64,000 nucleotides of DNA, taken from positions 19,321,457-19,385,456 of the forward strand of contig OZ316892.1 of NCBI GenBank assembly GCA_973895155.1, read 5' to 3'. The notes under the pieces are model-generated. The model ran no database searches. It was not told the origin of the DNA and worked only from the letters and a program-made list of their open reading frames with translations. Of the stretch, positions 12,899 to 26,100 are shown one piece after another (position 1 is the first letter of the stretch; each line of letters opens with the position of its first letter). The stretch is from Marsupella aquatica. Lineage: Eukaryota; Plantae; Marchantiophyta. A program made the position numbers and the translations under genes.

Positions 12899-14522
12899 CC
12901 CAAATTTGGAAGACCCGATTGCAGCCAAGATATTACATATAGATCCGATGGGAGGACATGTATATTTGGCAATAAATTTGATCATGCATGTTTATATAGG
13001 CTAGAGGCCAGGATCGCTCCTGTTGAGTTTCTGTCAGTTCGTTAGCCCATAACATCAACACTCACTGACTCCTAACAAGAATAGAATAAGCTCTGGAGCA
13101 TGTTTTCCTATTCCATTGGTTCCATTGGTTCGCTTGGTAGTGTGCAAGCTAGAGTAAATGCGGGAGAAACTTTAGTAAATGCGGGAGAAACTTGCAAAGT
13201 TCTCTTGTTACTTTGGATGTTAAAATAAAGTTGCTTTGTTTCAATTGATAAACAAGAGGAGCTTGTGAATGTGCTGTTTATCTTGTGCTAAACTAGTAAG
13301 TCTAGAAGATGGCTCTGGTCATGAATTTAGTGTATAGCAAGTTTCTGTGGATTTGAAACTACGAGCTATGTCTTTGATTATTTGACCATACTGTCTGCAT
13401 TCATCTTGCATAGTGGGCATGGCAGAGAATGTCACCATTATTTACCTTTTTTTCATGGAAATCTTGCTTATTGCGCGCAGTTAGCATGTGAGAGCAGATA
13501 GAGTGTTCCCCATAGTGTTAGAGGACTCTTAAACTAACAAGTTGAGTTAAAATTTGGAACTTGTTTGTGCACTTCATGCAATATTGTGGCTTAACTTGCG
13601 AAGTGCTGCCAGTTTTGATCCAACCGAGTAATTGGTCAATTGTTGCAAAAACCTTTCACCCGCCTTTCACCAGGTTTATTCTTTGGTGCATTGTCAATTC
13701 TGGGCTGTGAATGGACAATTCCCGACTCATATGTACTTTCTTGGACTGACAAGCAGCCCTGATTGCATTCTAAATATGGTACTTTTCCAAGATCAGTCAT
13801 TTTAATTTCATTACTCAATCATCTTTTTGTTGCAATAGTCAAAGAAGATAAGGGCTAGAGCTAGCTGAAATTATGAATTGTAAATCTCTATGGAAAGTAT
13901 ACACATTGTTTTCAAGTAAAGAGCTCTCATATTACATCTTGAGAAGATGGTTGGTAATGAAAATATTCACACCATATCAATGCTAATTAGTATAATCTAC
14001 CTAAAAGACTAAAATCTAAATTGGGATTGGAAATAAAGCCTTTGTCCTGGATTCATGGAGATTTTCCTACAGAAATCCAACAATTATATGGAGTTGATAC
14101 TGTAAGTCTAATTAACTTGAATTATAAATGCTTCTAATGATTGCAGTCTCAAGGTAACTTGCAAGTGAAGTGGAAGTATATAACTTTTTTACAATATTAG
14201 CTTCGTGAACTTTGATTCCTGCAGATGTAGTAGGGAAGATTGTCCTTGAGGTTGACCAAAATATATATTTGCAAATCCTTCTTTAGCAATTATCTGACTG
14301 TAATCATTCAAATGATGAATGACAAAAGAAAATAGTTCCGTAGTTTGTTTAAAATTAGGGACTATGCCCAATCAAAATTTGAAGGTGTAGATCCACCAGA
14401 TCGATTTTGCACATCATCCAAAGAAATCGGACTAGGGTTGGAGATCCAACTGATCGATCGAGGGGATCATTGAGACAGTGGAGTCTAACACAGTCTAGTG
14501 TTAATTAGAGATAGATAGACAG

Positions 14523-14780
14523 AAGAGTACAACCTTTGTGCCGATGTCAGCCTATTGTGCCATTGGTCACTGGTATTTGTGAGCCAATTAATGAAACGAC
14601 TACACTACACCAAATTGATCGAAGAAATTGATGGAATTACTTTCTATAAGCACAAAAGAGTACAACCATTGTGCCAATGTCGAGCCTATTCTGCCATTGG
14701 TCACTGATGTTTGTGAGCAAATGAACACGGACTGCACCGAATTGAGGAATTGTGTTGGAAATTACTTTCTATTAGCACAA
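14523..14780. repeat. Diverged tandem duplication of about 130 bp
   Basis: AAGAGTACAACC..TTGTGCC..TGCCATTGGTCACTG..TTTGTGAGC..ATTACTTTCTAT.AGCACAA occurs twice in tandem. Confidence 0.8.
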
Positions 14781-15559
14781 TTGTTGATTAGCTATACCTA
14801 GTTAGTACCAATCTGTGCGCTCACAGTAGCACACAAGTAAGATCTAATCTTTACCATAGATCTACCTCCTTGAAGTGACTCTTCATGTTAAAGTGTCACG
14901 TAGTGACACACTTGGTGTTGTCCATATATTTTGTAGATTATCTATTTAATATTGATTCAATGATCTTGTATTTCCAGTTCACTTGTAATACAAATCAGCT
15001 GAGTAGTTTTCCTCAATTCTATGCATTCACTTCATTCTCTCACATGACATCAGAGCCTTTGTTTTAAGTTTTGTCTGTTCTGAAATTTAGGGGATAATTC
15101 GGAGTTGAAAGACACTTCAACCTCCTACAGTGTGTAGGGTGGCCGCTCACTTTCTCCAATTTCAATAGAGTTCTTTGATAAGAAATTTTATCACAGTTCA
15201 TTTTGTCAGAATTTTTAGATCTTTAGTGTAACTTATCATCATTGAAAATAATGAAAGGTAATACTCTTCTCAAATTAGAAGATGTTGTACTCAAGTTTTC
15301 TGCTCGATTTTCTGGTTCTTCTTACTACATATGGCATTTGTGATCAGCACAGTGCAGCTGACAATACTTCAGACGATGCGATTGCGATTCCAGCTTTGAT
15401 CTGCAGCATGCCAGACAGCTATGACAATGACATAAAGACTGTACTGTACGTGTATATAGCCTTAGCTGGCTTGGATTTATCATCCATCATTGTTGCTCTT
15501 CTTCGATCAATACGAGATTAGCAAGAAGAGAAATTCAGAATCTTCCACTGCATTATTTG

Positions 15560-17392
15560 TAGGGAAGCTAGACACATCCCAACTTAATTCTGGAAGGAGT
15601 AAATCTTTCAACACTTAGAAGGGTGGGTATTTTGGTAAGGGTAATCCCCATTGTAAACCCACACCAACTGGTGAATCCCCTACTGATCAGGCATCGCTTC
15701 TTCATCTACTGTTTACAAGCGCCATCCTTACAAAACGATGAGATGCCACTACTGCAATTTGAAAGGTCATCATATTAAAGACAGTCAAAAAAGAATTACT
15801 GAAGAAACTTCTGGTCCAAGCTCAGCACCACTGCAAGTAAATGCTGCTGCCCACTTATATGTTTTTTGTTGCCTACTCTGTTACCCCGACTTCATCTAAT
15901 TAAAGATGATTCTTGGTATTTAGATGTACAGGAGCAACACATCACATGGCGCATGATCTTGACTATTTTTACTCATACACTCCGTATGACAAACCTCAGT
16001 ATGTCTATCTTAATTAACTTTGGCATAGTTTGACTCAAGCCATTTGATCCGTGGCACTGGAATTGTAGCCCTTTTATTAATAATGGTCAAACCCCTTGCA
16101 TTTTATTCAGTAACCCATGTAATACCTGATGTATTACACATCCTTGGCTCTCTAAAAACCTCTTTTCAGTCAAGCAACTCGATCTCAATGGTGGCTCATT
16201 GCATATTGCAAATGGAGTTGTATCTTACACAAAGTCAAAGGGGATGAAATCAGCACTTGCAAGTTGACACAAAATCTGGAAAAAGTTGGAGATGTTGTAA
16301 AGTCTCCTTCCATCACATGCCAATTCGTCTCATCTTTGGCATCTGGCGTAGCCGTCATGGTCACATCCCAGATTGCATACAGCAACTGAAAAGGGCAATA
16401 TGTTTTAGGGACTATCTTACTCACTTTGATCCCTCCAGTGTGTCCTCTTGTACAGCTTGTGGTCATGGAAAACAAGCACCTTTACTTTTCCTACAGAACC
16501 TGCTATTAGGGCTACTGAATTACTTGGCATAGTGCATTCTGATATGGCCTAATAACCCCACCAACATATTCTGGTTTTAGATATTACATATTATTCATAG
16601 ATGATATTTCCCGTTTCACTACAAGTTTACTTGTTCAAGCAGAGGCTCTCAATACGGTTTCATTGAGTTTAACTAGCTCTTTTAATTTGCTGCTAACCAG
16701 CATAAACCATTGACTGTTGAAGTCTTGTATTCAGATAACGCCCCAACTTTGATGCTTATTGTGTTGACAAAGGCATTATACGGCAATTCACTTCCCCCCT
16801 ATACTCCAGATAAATATGGGGTAGCTAAGCGCAAAAACTGTACATTGATCAATCATGTGCTTTCTACACTTTTTGAATCAGCTCTTCCCAAGCCTTATTG
16901 GGGAAGGCACTTCATACTGCAATGTATGTGCAAACTTGCAACCCGAATTAACTAAGGCCATCTCAGTTCATAAGACTCCCTATGAAATGCAGTTTCTCAT
17001 AATCCAAATTACTGTGATATTTGGCAGTCCAGCCTACGCAAAAAAGCTGGTTTTCCACACATCTGCATGTATTTTCTAAGGCTATAGTGATCAAACAAAA
17101 GCATATCGCCTTTGAAAGAAAATGTGATTAAAAGACCATTTTCTCTAGAGATGCTGTTGTACTTGAACATCAAGTGGGCAATGACCCTACATCAACAGAC
17201 ATTACCTCGAGAAAGTGGCAAGATCACTACTCAATTGGAAAAATATGATTCTCATGCTGAAAGTCTCAAGGGCTCAACAGCAAAGATGGGCTTTACTTTT
17301 GACAACAAGCTTTTTCAAAGAACCATATTCTTATAAAGAAGCTGTCACCGGACCAGATGTAGACAATTGGAAAGCTATAATTTCTGCATTTT
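15560..17392 (+). mobile_element. Old, truncated Ty1/copia remnant (element D)
   Basis: Zinc knuckle CHYCNLKGHHIKD, protease-region SWYLD..GATHHM, pre-integrase IWRSRHGH, integrase YTPDKYGVAKRKN and EPYSYKEAVTGPDVDNWKA. Heavily frameshifted; stops at the start of RT. Confidence 0.85.
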
Positions 17393-17528
17393 TGTTAACT
17401 ATGACTATGTTAGTTCATAGTCATCAGTTCATTCAATTCAATCATGGCAGTGCAGAAATCATTCATTCAATTCAATCATCGCAGAGCAGAAATCATCTTG
17501 TTGTTCTCTTACATTTTATTTCTTTACA

Positions 17529-17540
17529 TGGTATTAGAGC
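17529..17540 (+). promoter_or_regulatory. Primer-binding site (tRNA-iMet type) of element C
   Basis: TGGTATTAGAGC, one mismatch from the canonical TGGTATCAGAGC, directly after ...TTTACA. Confidence 0.75.
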
Positions 17541-17801
17541 TTTGATATAATCCCTTCAATTCAATTTCTCTAGGATTAAGAAATTGAGGGATGCTTCAAT
17601 TATCCTTAGTAGTAGAGGCGCCTTTTACTAGATCCTTACTTCTTCGATTGAGTGATGTAACATCAAATTCCTGTGAATTTGTTGTTTCTCATGATTTTCT
17701 ATCTTTCAGAATTGCTTTGCTCGATATTCTCCAGGATTCCTTCAAATTTCCAATCTGGTTTCCAGTTTGTTACAATTCTGCTGGTTGTCAGATCAATTGC
17801 A

Positions 17802-18041
17802 TGTTGGAAATAGAACAGGTATACAATGCATGAATGAATTGACTTAGATAGAAAATTATCCCCAGAGGGGATGTAAGTACAAAGTGGACCTAGTCCACGG
17901 ATTGAGCCTTCAACAGGCACAACTTAATAGATGCGCCTCTAGGCTTCAGGGTTGACGAGGCACTACCAAGAGACGTGACTAAGAACCAATGAGGAACAAG
18001 CACACGGATTGAGATCACTAATGTCTAGTTAATATCTAACA
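17802..18041 (-). repeat. 3' LTR of copia A
   Basis: TG...CA bounded, matches 22798-23037. Preceded on the minus strand by PPT AAGGGAGAG (18042-18050). Confidence 0.97.
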
Positions 18042-18069
18042 CTCTCCCTTAACTAGCATAAGGGATCAC

Positions 18070-21000
18070 TAACAATTAAGCCTTGTCAATAACACCTAAA
18101 CCTAAAGTAAACTTCTCGTGCTTGTCTTGGGTCAGTCCTTTGGTGAAAACATCAGAGATGTTATCATTCGTGGAGCAAGGTTAAACATTAATCAGTCCTT
18201 CTTCAAACTTCTCTCTAACATAGTGATAGCGGATGTCAATATGCTTGGTTCTCTCATGCTGCTTTGTTGGAGTGATGAGATCAATTCCACTATTGCTGTC
18301 ACAATAGATTTGCATGACAGGTTGAGGAAATCTCATGTCGCCAAGCAGGCAGGCGCTGCAGCCAAATTGCTTCTGTGGCTGCTTTGGATAACGCCATGTA
18401 TTCAGCCTCGGTACTGGACAAAGAGACTGAAGTTTGTCGTTTAGAGGACCAAGAAACGGCTCCCTGAGCAAAAATGAAGCAGTAGCCGCCGGTAGATCGT
18501 CGGGAGTCCAAATCACCACCCCAATCAGCATCGGTAAAACCGACAAGTGGTTGTTTGTCCTTACTGTAAGTAATTCCCTTTGATATCGTTCCCTTGATGT
18601 ATCTGAAGATGCACTGACATACTGCAATCCAGTGTGTTGGGCCAGGATTAGACATGAATTTCGCTACTTGGCCAACAGCGTAGGCAATGTTGGGCCTGGT
18701 ACAAATCATAGCCCACATAAGACTTCCAACAGCTTGCTTATATGGGATAGACTGCATATGCTCCTTGTCTTGGTTGTTTTTAGGACAATCTGTAGTACTG
18801 AGCTTGGAGCCAGACGCAACGGGATTGAAGACGAGATTACAATTATCCATCCCAAAGGGAACCAAAATCTCTCTGAGGTAGCGTTCTTGAGAGAGGCTGA
18901 TTTCGCCAGCAGATCTGTTTCTGCGAACTTCTAATTGAAGGCAATGGCTAAGCTCTCCCAAATCAGACATCTCAAAACCTTGTTGAAGAGTAGTTTTGAT
19001 TTGCTGGAGCAAAGGGAGAAAATTACTTACAAGGATACAATCATCTACGTAGAGAGCAAGGATGACGAAATTTGTGCCAGAATAATAAATATAGAGATTA
19101 GAATCAGCACTAGATCGAGCGGATAAAACCCAGGCTTAGTAAGAAAGCATCAAACTTTTTATACCACAGGCGAGCTGATTGCTTAAGCCTGTAGAGAGCT
19201 TGAAACAAAAGAAGCGCAAGGGCACACTGATGTTTGGCTCGAAGTTTAGCCTCCTGCGTAGGAGACAACAAACTAGGGGGAATCGTCATATAGATCTTTT
19301 CACCCAAGGTGCCCTGAAGAAAAGCAGTTTTTACATCAAGTTGATGTAACTCAAGATCGTGAAGGGCAACAAGAGCAATAAGAAGACTAATAGTGGAAAG
19401 CTTAACCACTGGAGAATAAGTTTCAGTGTAATCAACGCCAGGAACTTGAGTGAAACCTCTGGCAACTAAACGAGCTTTGTACCGCTTAACATTACCAAAA
19501 GCGTCTAATTTGGTCTTGAAAACCCATTTGCAGGTAACAGGCTTTCGATTAGGAGGCAATGCAGTAACTTCCCAAGTTTTATTCTTGATGAGAGAATGAA
19601 GTTCGTCCGTGATTGCAGCCTGCCAATGGGAGGCGTTGGGACCAGAAATAGCTTCCTCATAAGTCTCAGGTTCGATGACCGGAGTAGGAGAATAAACAAC
19701 ATTGCCATTAGCTGCGTCATAGAACTGAGGGGCTTGACGCTTCCGCTCTCCCCGAGACAAATAATTGAGATGGGTAAAAGTCGGGCCAATCGTAGACTTA
19801 GGTTGCACTCGCCGTTGATAAGTAATAATAGGTTGAACAGAAGAAACGGGTGGAGTGGAAGAAACAAGGAGTGGGGAAGGTGGCGTGAGAGGAAGAGACA
19901 AAACAGGCTGCATCACAGGAGCAGAGTGGATAGAATGGATAGGTGGTCCAACAGAAGGAGAGATGTCAGGAAGGGATTGACTGGGTGATGAAGCAGTATA
20001 AAAGTCGGGATCAGAGAGAAGATCCAAGGGGGAAGAATCATCACTAGAGGAGTTAAATGAAGGAACATGATGAGCAGTAAGATGCATGCTCAAAGAAACG
20101 GACATCACGAGAAAGAAGAATGCGCTTATCTGCAATTCGCTGAAGACGATAGGCCTTGGATTGCAGATCGTATCCAAGGAATATGCACTGCTGAGATTTA
20201 GGATCCAATTTGGATCGATTTACAGGCGGAATAAAAGCAAATGCAATACAACCAAAAATACGCAGTAGAGAAAGATCGGGCTTGTTACCAAACCAAAGCT
20301 CGTAAGGAGTGGAATATTTGTTAATAGCCTTAGTAGGACTGTGATTTTGGAGAAAATTAGCAGTAAGCAGAGCTTCGCCCCAATAGGACTTAGATAAGCC
20401 TGATTCACTCAGCAAAGATCGAACAGCATTAAGCAAGGTACGATTCTGCCGCTCAGCCACGCCATTTTGTTGAGGAGAATATGGAGTGCTAAATTGACGT
20501 ACGTAAGATGCCACGGTTTTGCAGAAAAGAAGAAATTCAGAAGATTTATACTCTCCTCCTTTATCTGAACTGAGAATCTTCAATTTGTGATCCGTCTGGT
20601 TTTCAGCATGGGTTAAGAATTCCTTGAAGCGAGAGAAAACTTCATGCTTATACTGCAGGAGATAAACCTGAGTATAACGGGAGTAGTCGTCAATAAAGGT
20701 AACAAAATACCGGAAACCAGTATGAGTGGCATAAGAGATAGGGCCGCACACGTCAGAGTGAAGTAAAGCGAGAGGCTCAGTAGTTCGTGTCGCTCCATCA
20801 GGAGGAAACTTGGTGCGATCTTGCTTGTCATGGACACAAGAAATGCACTGAGAAAAAGAAGACAGGTTTAAGAGATCAAGTCCATGAGCCAGATGGTGAG
20901 ACTGCATCTGATGGAGACGTGCTTTACTAATGTGGCCAAGTCGTCGATGCCACAGAGTAGTTGACGTGGAGGCCGCGTAAGGAATAATAGAACCGTCAGT

Positions 21001-22465
21001 AGAAACAGGAGCGGCCTGAGAAGGGAGAAGTGTCTCTCCCAGAAGCCAGAAATTATTAACTCAAGGGCAAGTCGCAATAAGATTGCGAGAAGAATCATAG
21101 AGAGAAATGAGATCATCTTGAAGGGATAGGGATCCCTTTTCTGTGCTCAATTGAACTGCTGAGTACCCATTCTTATCAAGCGATGGAACATATAAAACAT
21201 TAGTTAAAAAATAGTTGGCGCCAAAATCAGTAAGGCGGACATAAACAGTTCCATGGCCCTTAATGGGAATTGAGGACCCATCAGCAAGATGTAATGATCG
21301 TTCAGAAGGATATTCAGCAAAATCAGAGAAACCAGACCGTGGATAGGTCATATGCTGAGAGGCAGCAGTGTCAACATACCAATGAGAATTTGTAGATTGA
21401 TCAGAAGGGGGAGGACAAGAGTAGCAGGCCGTGTGACAGTAAGAGCAAGAAACACAATAGGCACTGAATTGAGGAGAGGCTGAACTAGTACCAGACTGCT
21501 TCTGCTCACGAGCAATGCGCTTCCGACAGTCTCGTATGTGGTGGCCCTTCTTATGACAATAACTAAAAAAAATAGTTGATCGTGAAAACTCAGAATCATT
21601 AGAAGGAGAAGCCTTAGGCAGGTCGGTAACAGAAGTACTTGGTGAAGTACCAGAACCAGAAGGCTCTTTCCACTTGGGTCAAAATTTACCTTTGAACTTG
21701 CCTTTAGAAAGGGATGATTGAACATCTGTAACGGCAAGAGCAGTAACCTGATCAGCAAGTCCTTCAGCTTTCATGAATAGTTCTTCTTGGAGAAGAAGTG
21801 TGATAACGTCTGCCAAGGTGAGATTCCGCTGACCACGAAGAGAAGTGATAAAGCTTTTATACTCGGCAGGCATACTGCGAAGAAGATGCAATTTAGCTTG
21901 CTGATCTGAAACTGGGGCATTAGCAGAGGCAAGCTGCTCCATGTGAGCATGAAGATTTACAACATGCCGTGAGACACTTTCGCCTGGTTTCATCTTGAAA
22001 GTTGAAATTGCATCTTGTTAATGCATAACAGTGACCATCTGTTGCAAAGTAAGTGTTACACAGATCTTGCCAAGCATCATGGGCTTTGGCAAAACGACTA
22101 ACAGCTTGCACAAATTCGGGCATAAGCGCAAAAATGATTAGATCAAGAGCAATGAAATTGCGATGGTTCCAGTCTGCAACGCTGCCAGATCCGCTAGCAG
22201 GGGCAGTTGCAGGATCAGGAGAAAGTTCAGTGCCATTTGCTATGGCATAAACATTAGCGACCTGCATCTTAATCATGATTCGATGTTTCCAGGAATGGAA
22301 ATACTTTCCATTGAATTTCTGGAAGTGTGAATCAAGACAAATTCCAGTAGTATCTGTAGTAGGGTATGAAACTGGAGGATTGGCAGGGGGATTAGCTGGT
22401 GGTGGATTGGCTGGTGGTGGGTTGGCTGGTGGTGGGTTAGCTGGTGGTGGGTTCACAGCAGACAT
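18070..22465 (-). pseudogene. copia A gag-pol polyprotein, frameshifted
   Basis: (PPPAN)n N-terminus, FNGKYFHSWK, WYVDTAASQHM, HSDVCGP, TPYSPQQNGVAER, YKARLVARGF, LDVKTAFL, YVDD, GFTDADWGGD, KHIDIRYH. Several frameshifts and stops. Confidence 0.95.
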
Positions 22466-22785
22466 TTTGAATAGTGGGAATTAGATAGAAATCCCAAAAT
22501 ATTGTAGAGATTGCCTAAGCAATTTCCGAATACTCTAAAATGTATGGTGAAGATCCAGAAAAGAATTAGGATCTAATAAATCAATTGCTCATCAGCTAAT
22601 TGATTATGATGACAAATTGGGCTGCAGTCCCAATCTGATTTAAGTCAATTAAATAGAATTCTATAAACCAGAGAATTGAAAGAATGAGAATACTTAAGAA
22701 CGAGAACTAGACAGAGGCGTCCCTGAGTCTAAGTTGATCAAGAAGATAATTCTCACGATAAAGAATCTCGTAGTAAGGTAGGATT

Positions 22786-22797
22786 GCTCTGATACCA
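22786..22797 (-). promoter_or_regulatory. PBS (tRNA-iMet) of copia A
   Basis: Minus strand TGGTATCAGAGC immediately after the 5' LTR. Confidence 0.95.
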
Positions 22798-23037
22798 TGT
22801 AGGAAATAGAACAGATATACAATGCATGAATGAATTGACTTAGATAGAAAATTATCCCCAGAGGGGATATAAGTACAAAGTGGACCTAGTCCACGGATTG
22901 AGCCTTCAACAGGCACAACTTAATAGATGCGCCTCTAGGCTTCAGGGTTGAAGAGGCACTACCAAGAGACGTGACTAAGAACCAATGAGGAACAAGCACA
23001 CGGATTGAGATCACTAATGTCTAGTTAATATCTAACA
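22798..23037 (-). repeat. 5' LTR of copia A
   Basis: Direct repeat of 17802-18041, adjacent to the PBS. Confidence 0.97.
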
Positions 23038-23124
23038 TCAATCTCTTTCTTTCTTTCATAATTATGATCAAGTTCTTTTTTCCATCCTCTCATCATCTCA
23101 CCATGGTAAAATCAATCAAGTATT

Positions 23125-26100
23125 TGTTGGAATACAATTAAGTTCACTCATTAGCCTAGACTAGATTACATAGATTGATAGGACATCTAAGGTCAGGTGG
23201 AGATCAACCTTTAGATCTCCTTGCATCTAAGGTCCTGGTCAGGCTTTAGGGTTTAGGGTTCCAAAATTCAACGGCTCAGGCTTTTACTTATGGCAGATGC
23301 GCATGATTCTATTTCTTACAGCCGAATCTTTAATAGACATTGTTGAAGGTAGATCACTACAGCCCACCACTGCTTCCAATCCCCCTGCTACTGGACCAGG
23401 TAGCATTACGGAATGGGAACAGCAAAATGCAATTGCGTTGCATTACATAGGAGATCTGATTAGAAGATTCTCAGCTTAATTATATTAGCAAAGTCAAAAT
23501 TGCATATTAGCAAAGTCAAAATTGCTAGTGCTGCATGGAAGAAATTGACCGATCTTTATCAGGCTCAAGACTCTATCACTAAGATGTATCTCAAAGATGA
23601 GTTACAAACATTGAAGATGAAGTAAGGTGAAACTCTGGTTGATCAACTTAAAGCATCCGGGAGTTCTACCACGGATGAAGATCAATTTCTGGCATTGATG
23701 AGAAGCATGCCGAACAGTTACAAGCCACTATTATCATCCCTTGAGGATAGACGACACTAACTTTGTCTAAAGTTATTACTTATCTCATTCAAGAGGAGAA
23801 AATGATGAAAACTCAAAGTACAGAGCATTTGATGGCTCTATATGTGGGAAGATCCCCAAATCATAGAGACTATGGCCGAAATCCTAGGAAGAGGTCGTGA
23901 CAGATCCATTGGATTCAGAGGAGGACCAGGAATTGATTTCCACCGTCCTGGTGGAAGAGGCGTAGGTCCTCATAAACAAGGAGGAGGAATTTTTCCTTCT
24001 CAACAAAATTCTTTTCAAGCTGAAGGTGAATCTTCTTCATCTTCGAAACCTGGTTGGCAATCTTCCAATCAGAATTTTACACCAAAACAACTGAAATGTT
24101 TTTACTGCCAAATTATTGGACATCATATCAAGGACTGTCGAAAATGAATTGCTGATGAGGCTACAAATTTGAATTCCCAAGCAAGTTTGAATTCTCAAGC
24201 AAATTCGACAACATATCTCTTCAATGTTGTGGCTTTTCCAGTACCTGCTCCCCGAGATAACACTTGGTATCTGGACACTGGGGCAACTCACCATATGGCA
24301 TACTCTATCGAGTATTTTTCTTCATATGCCGCATTTCATACTCAACATGTTTTTCTTGGAGATAACTCGACCCAGGAAATAAAAGGCAAGGGAGAAGTTA
24401 CCCTTCAGACTGAGGAAGGCAAATTCCGTATCATACCTGATGTTCTTCATGTCCCAGGATTGACAAAGAATCTATTTTTTGTCAAACTCTTGGATGTTGC
24501 TGGAGGATCTGTTGTCATCAAACAAGGAACATGTGTTCTTCATAATCCTCTTAGTGAGTATATTGCTACTGCACGGCTGGATACAAACTTATACAAGTTG
24601 GGCGAATCCGCTTTGCCTAAACCCTCTATCATTGGTGCACCTGTTGTGCATACAAGTGATGCTGATCTTTGGCATAGCCGTTTGGGTCACATAAGTGAAT
24701 CTCGCATTCGATCAACAATTGCAATCACAAAATATGGCTACATGTATCACTCCACATAACTCCTTCAAACTATCATCATGTACTTCTTGCCTTTATGGCA
24801 AGCAAACCCAGCAGTCATTTCCTCAACAAACAGCTCATCGAGCTTCAGGATTAGTGGGCTTAATTCATTCTGACATCTGTGGCCCAGTCACTCCTCCAAC
24901 TCACACTCGATATTTTATCACTTTCATTGATGACTTTTCCAGAGATATTCCACAGTTTACCTTTTGCTGAGAAAATCTGATACTTTTCAAAGATTCCAAC
25001 AGATTGTAACCTTTGTAGAAACACAACATCAGCCTCTTACTATCAAAACTTTGCGGTCTGATAATGGAGGCAAATACATTTCATCTGCTTTTATGTTTTT
25101 TTGTCGATCAAAAGGCATTCAACACCAGTTCACCGTTCCCTACACCCCACAACAGAATGGTGTTTCGGAGCCTAAAAATTGAACTCTTGTTAATGTCATT
25201 TTTATCCATGTTATACCATTCTGGACTTCCCAAAACTTATTGGAGAGAGGCTCTTATGACTGCCAATTATTTACAAAACAGGAGTCCTAGCAAAGCATTA
25301 GCTCCTACTACAACTCCTTACAAATTATGGTTAATTAAAATACCTCAGAAATTTTGGCAGCCCTGCGTTTGTCAAGGTCAATTCTCCAAGATCGAAGTTG
25401 GATTTTTGAATTATTGAATGCATTTTTCTTGGTTACAGTGACCAGTAAAGAATATCAATTAGAGAGATGAAGTGATAAGACAATTATCATAAGTCGCGAT
25501 GCTGTGGTTTTGGAAGATCAAGTTGGATCAGTCTCTATGCCACCTTCTCAATCTATGAATGATGAAGATTTTTCTCTTCGTGCTGATCCAAAATTTTTCC
25601 AATCTTCTCCTAACCCACAGCTACCTCTCATAGCTCCGTCTCCTGTTCCCAATCCATTGATATCACCTACTTATGCAATTTTACCTGCTTTTTCCCCATC
25701 AAGCTCTCCAGTCATTCCCTCCTCTCCTCTATCAGGTCGCACTCCATTGCATTATTCTAGGTGCCCTCGACCTGCTGCTACTCCGCCCATCATTCGGGCT
25801 AGCACTCGAGTCACTCACCCAGTGGAGAAGTACGACTCTCTCAAGGAGATGGAGAAAGCTAAGAAGCAATGGGCTCTTATTTCTACTATATATATTAGCA
25901 ATCATGATGAACCTACTTCTTTCTACGAAGCTGTCTATGGTCCCGATGTACATCATTGCCGTCAGGCCATCTCAGCTGAATTAGCCAACATGGCATCAAT
26001 GCAGGCCTAGACCTTGGTTCCACTTCCAAAAGACAGAACTATAGTTGGCTATCGCTGGGTCTTCAAGATCAAACCAACTCATGATGGCAAGATTCATAAG

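Larger units (their letters stand above)
17802..23037 (-). mobile_element. Full-length Ty1/copia LTR retrotransposon (element A, 5236 bp)
   Basis: Two 240-bp LTRs differing at 4 positions; PBS; PPT; domain order gag-PR-IN-RT-RNaseH on the minus strand. Confidence 0.97.

Noticed and set aside
13153-13194. 21-bp tandem duplication (similar ones near 10945-10985 and 23485-23525)
   Set aside because: Ordinary slippage or repair duplications with no further structure.
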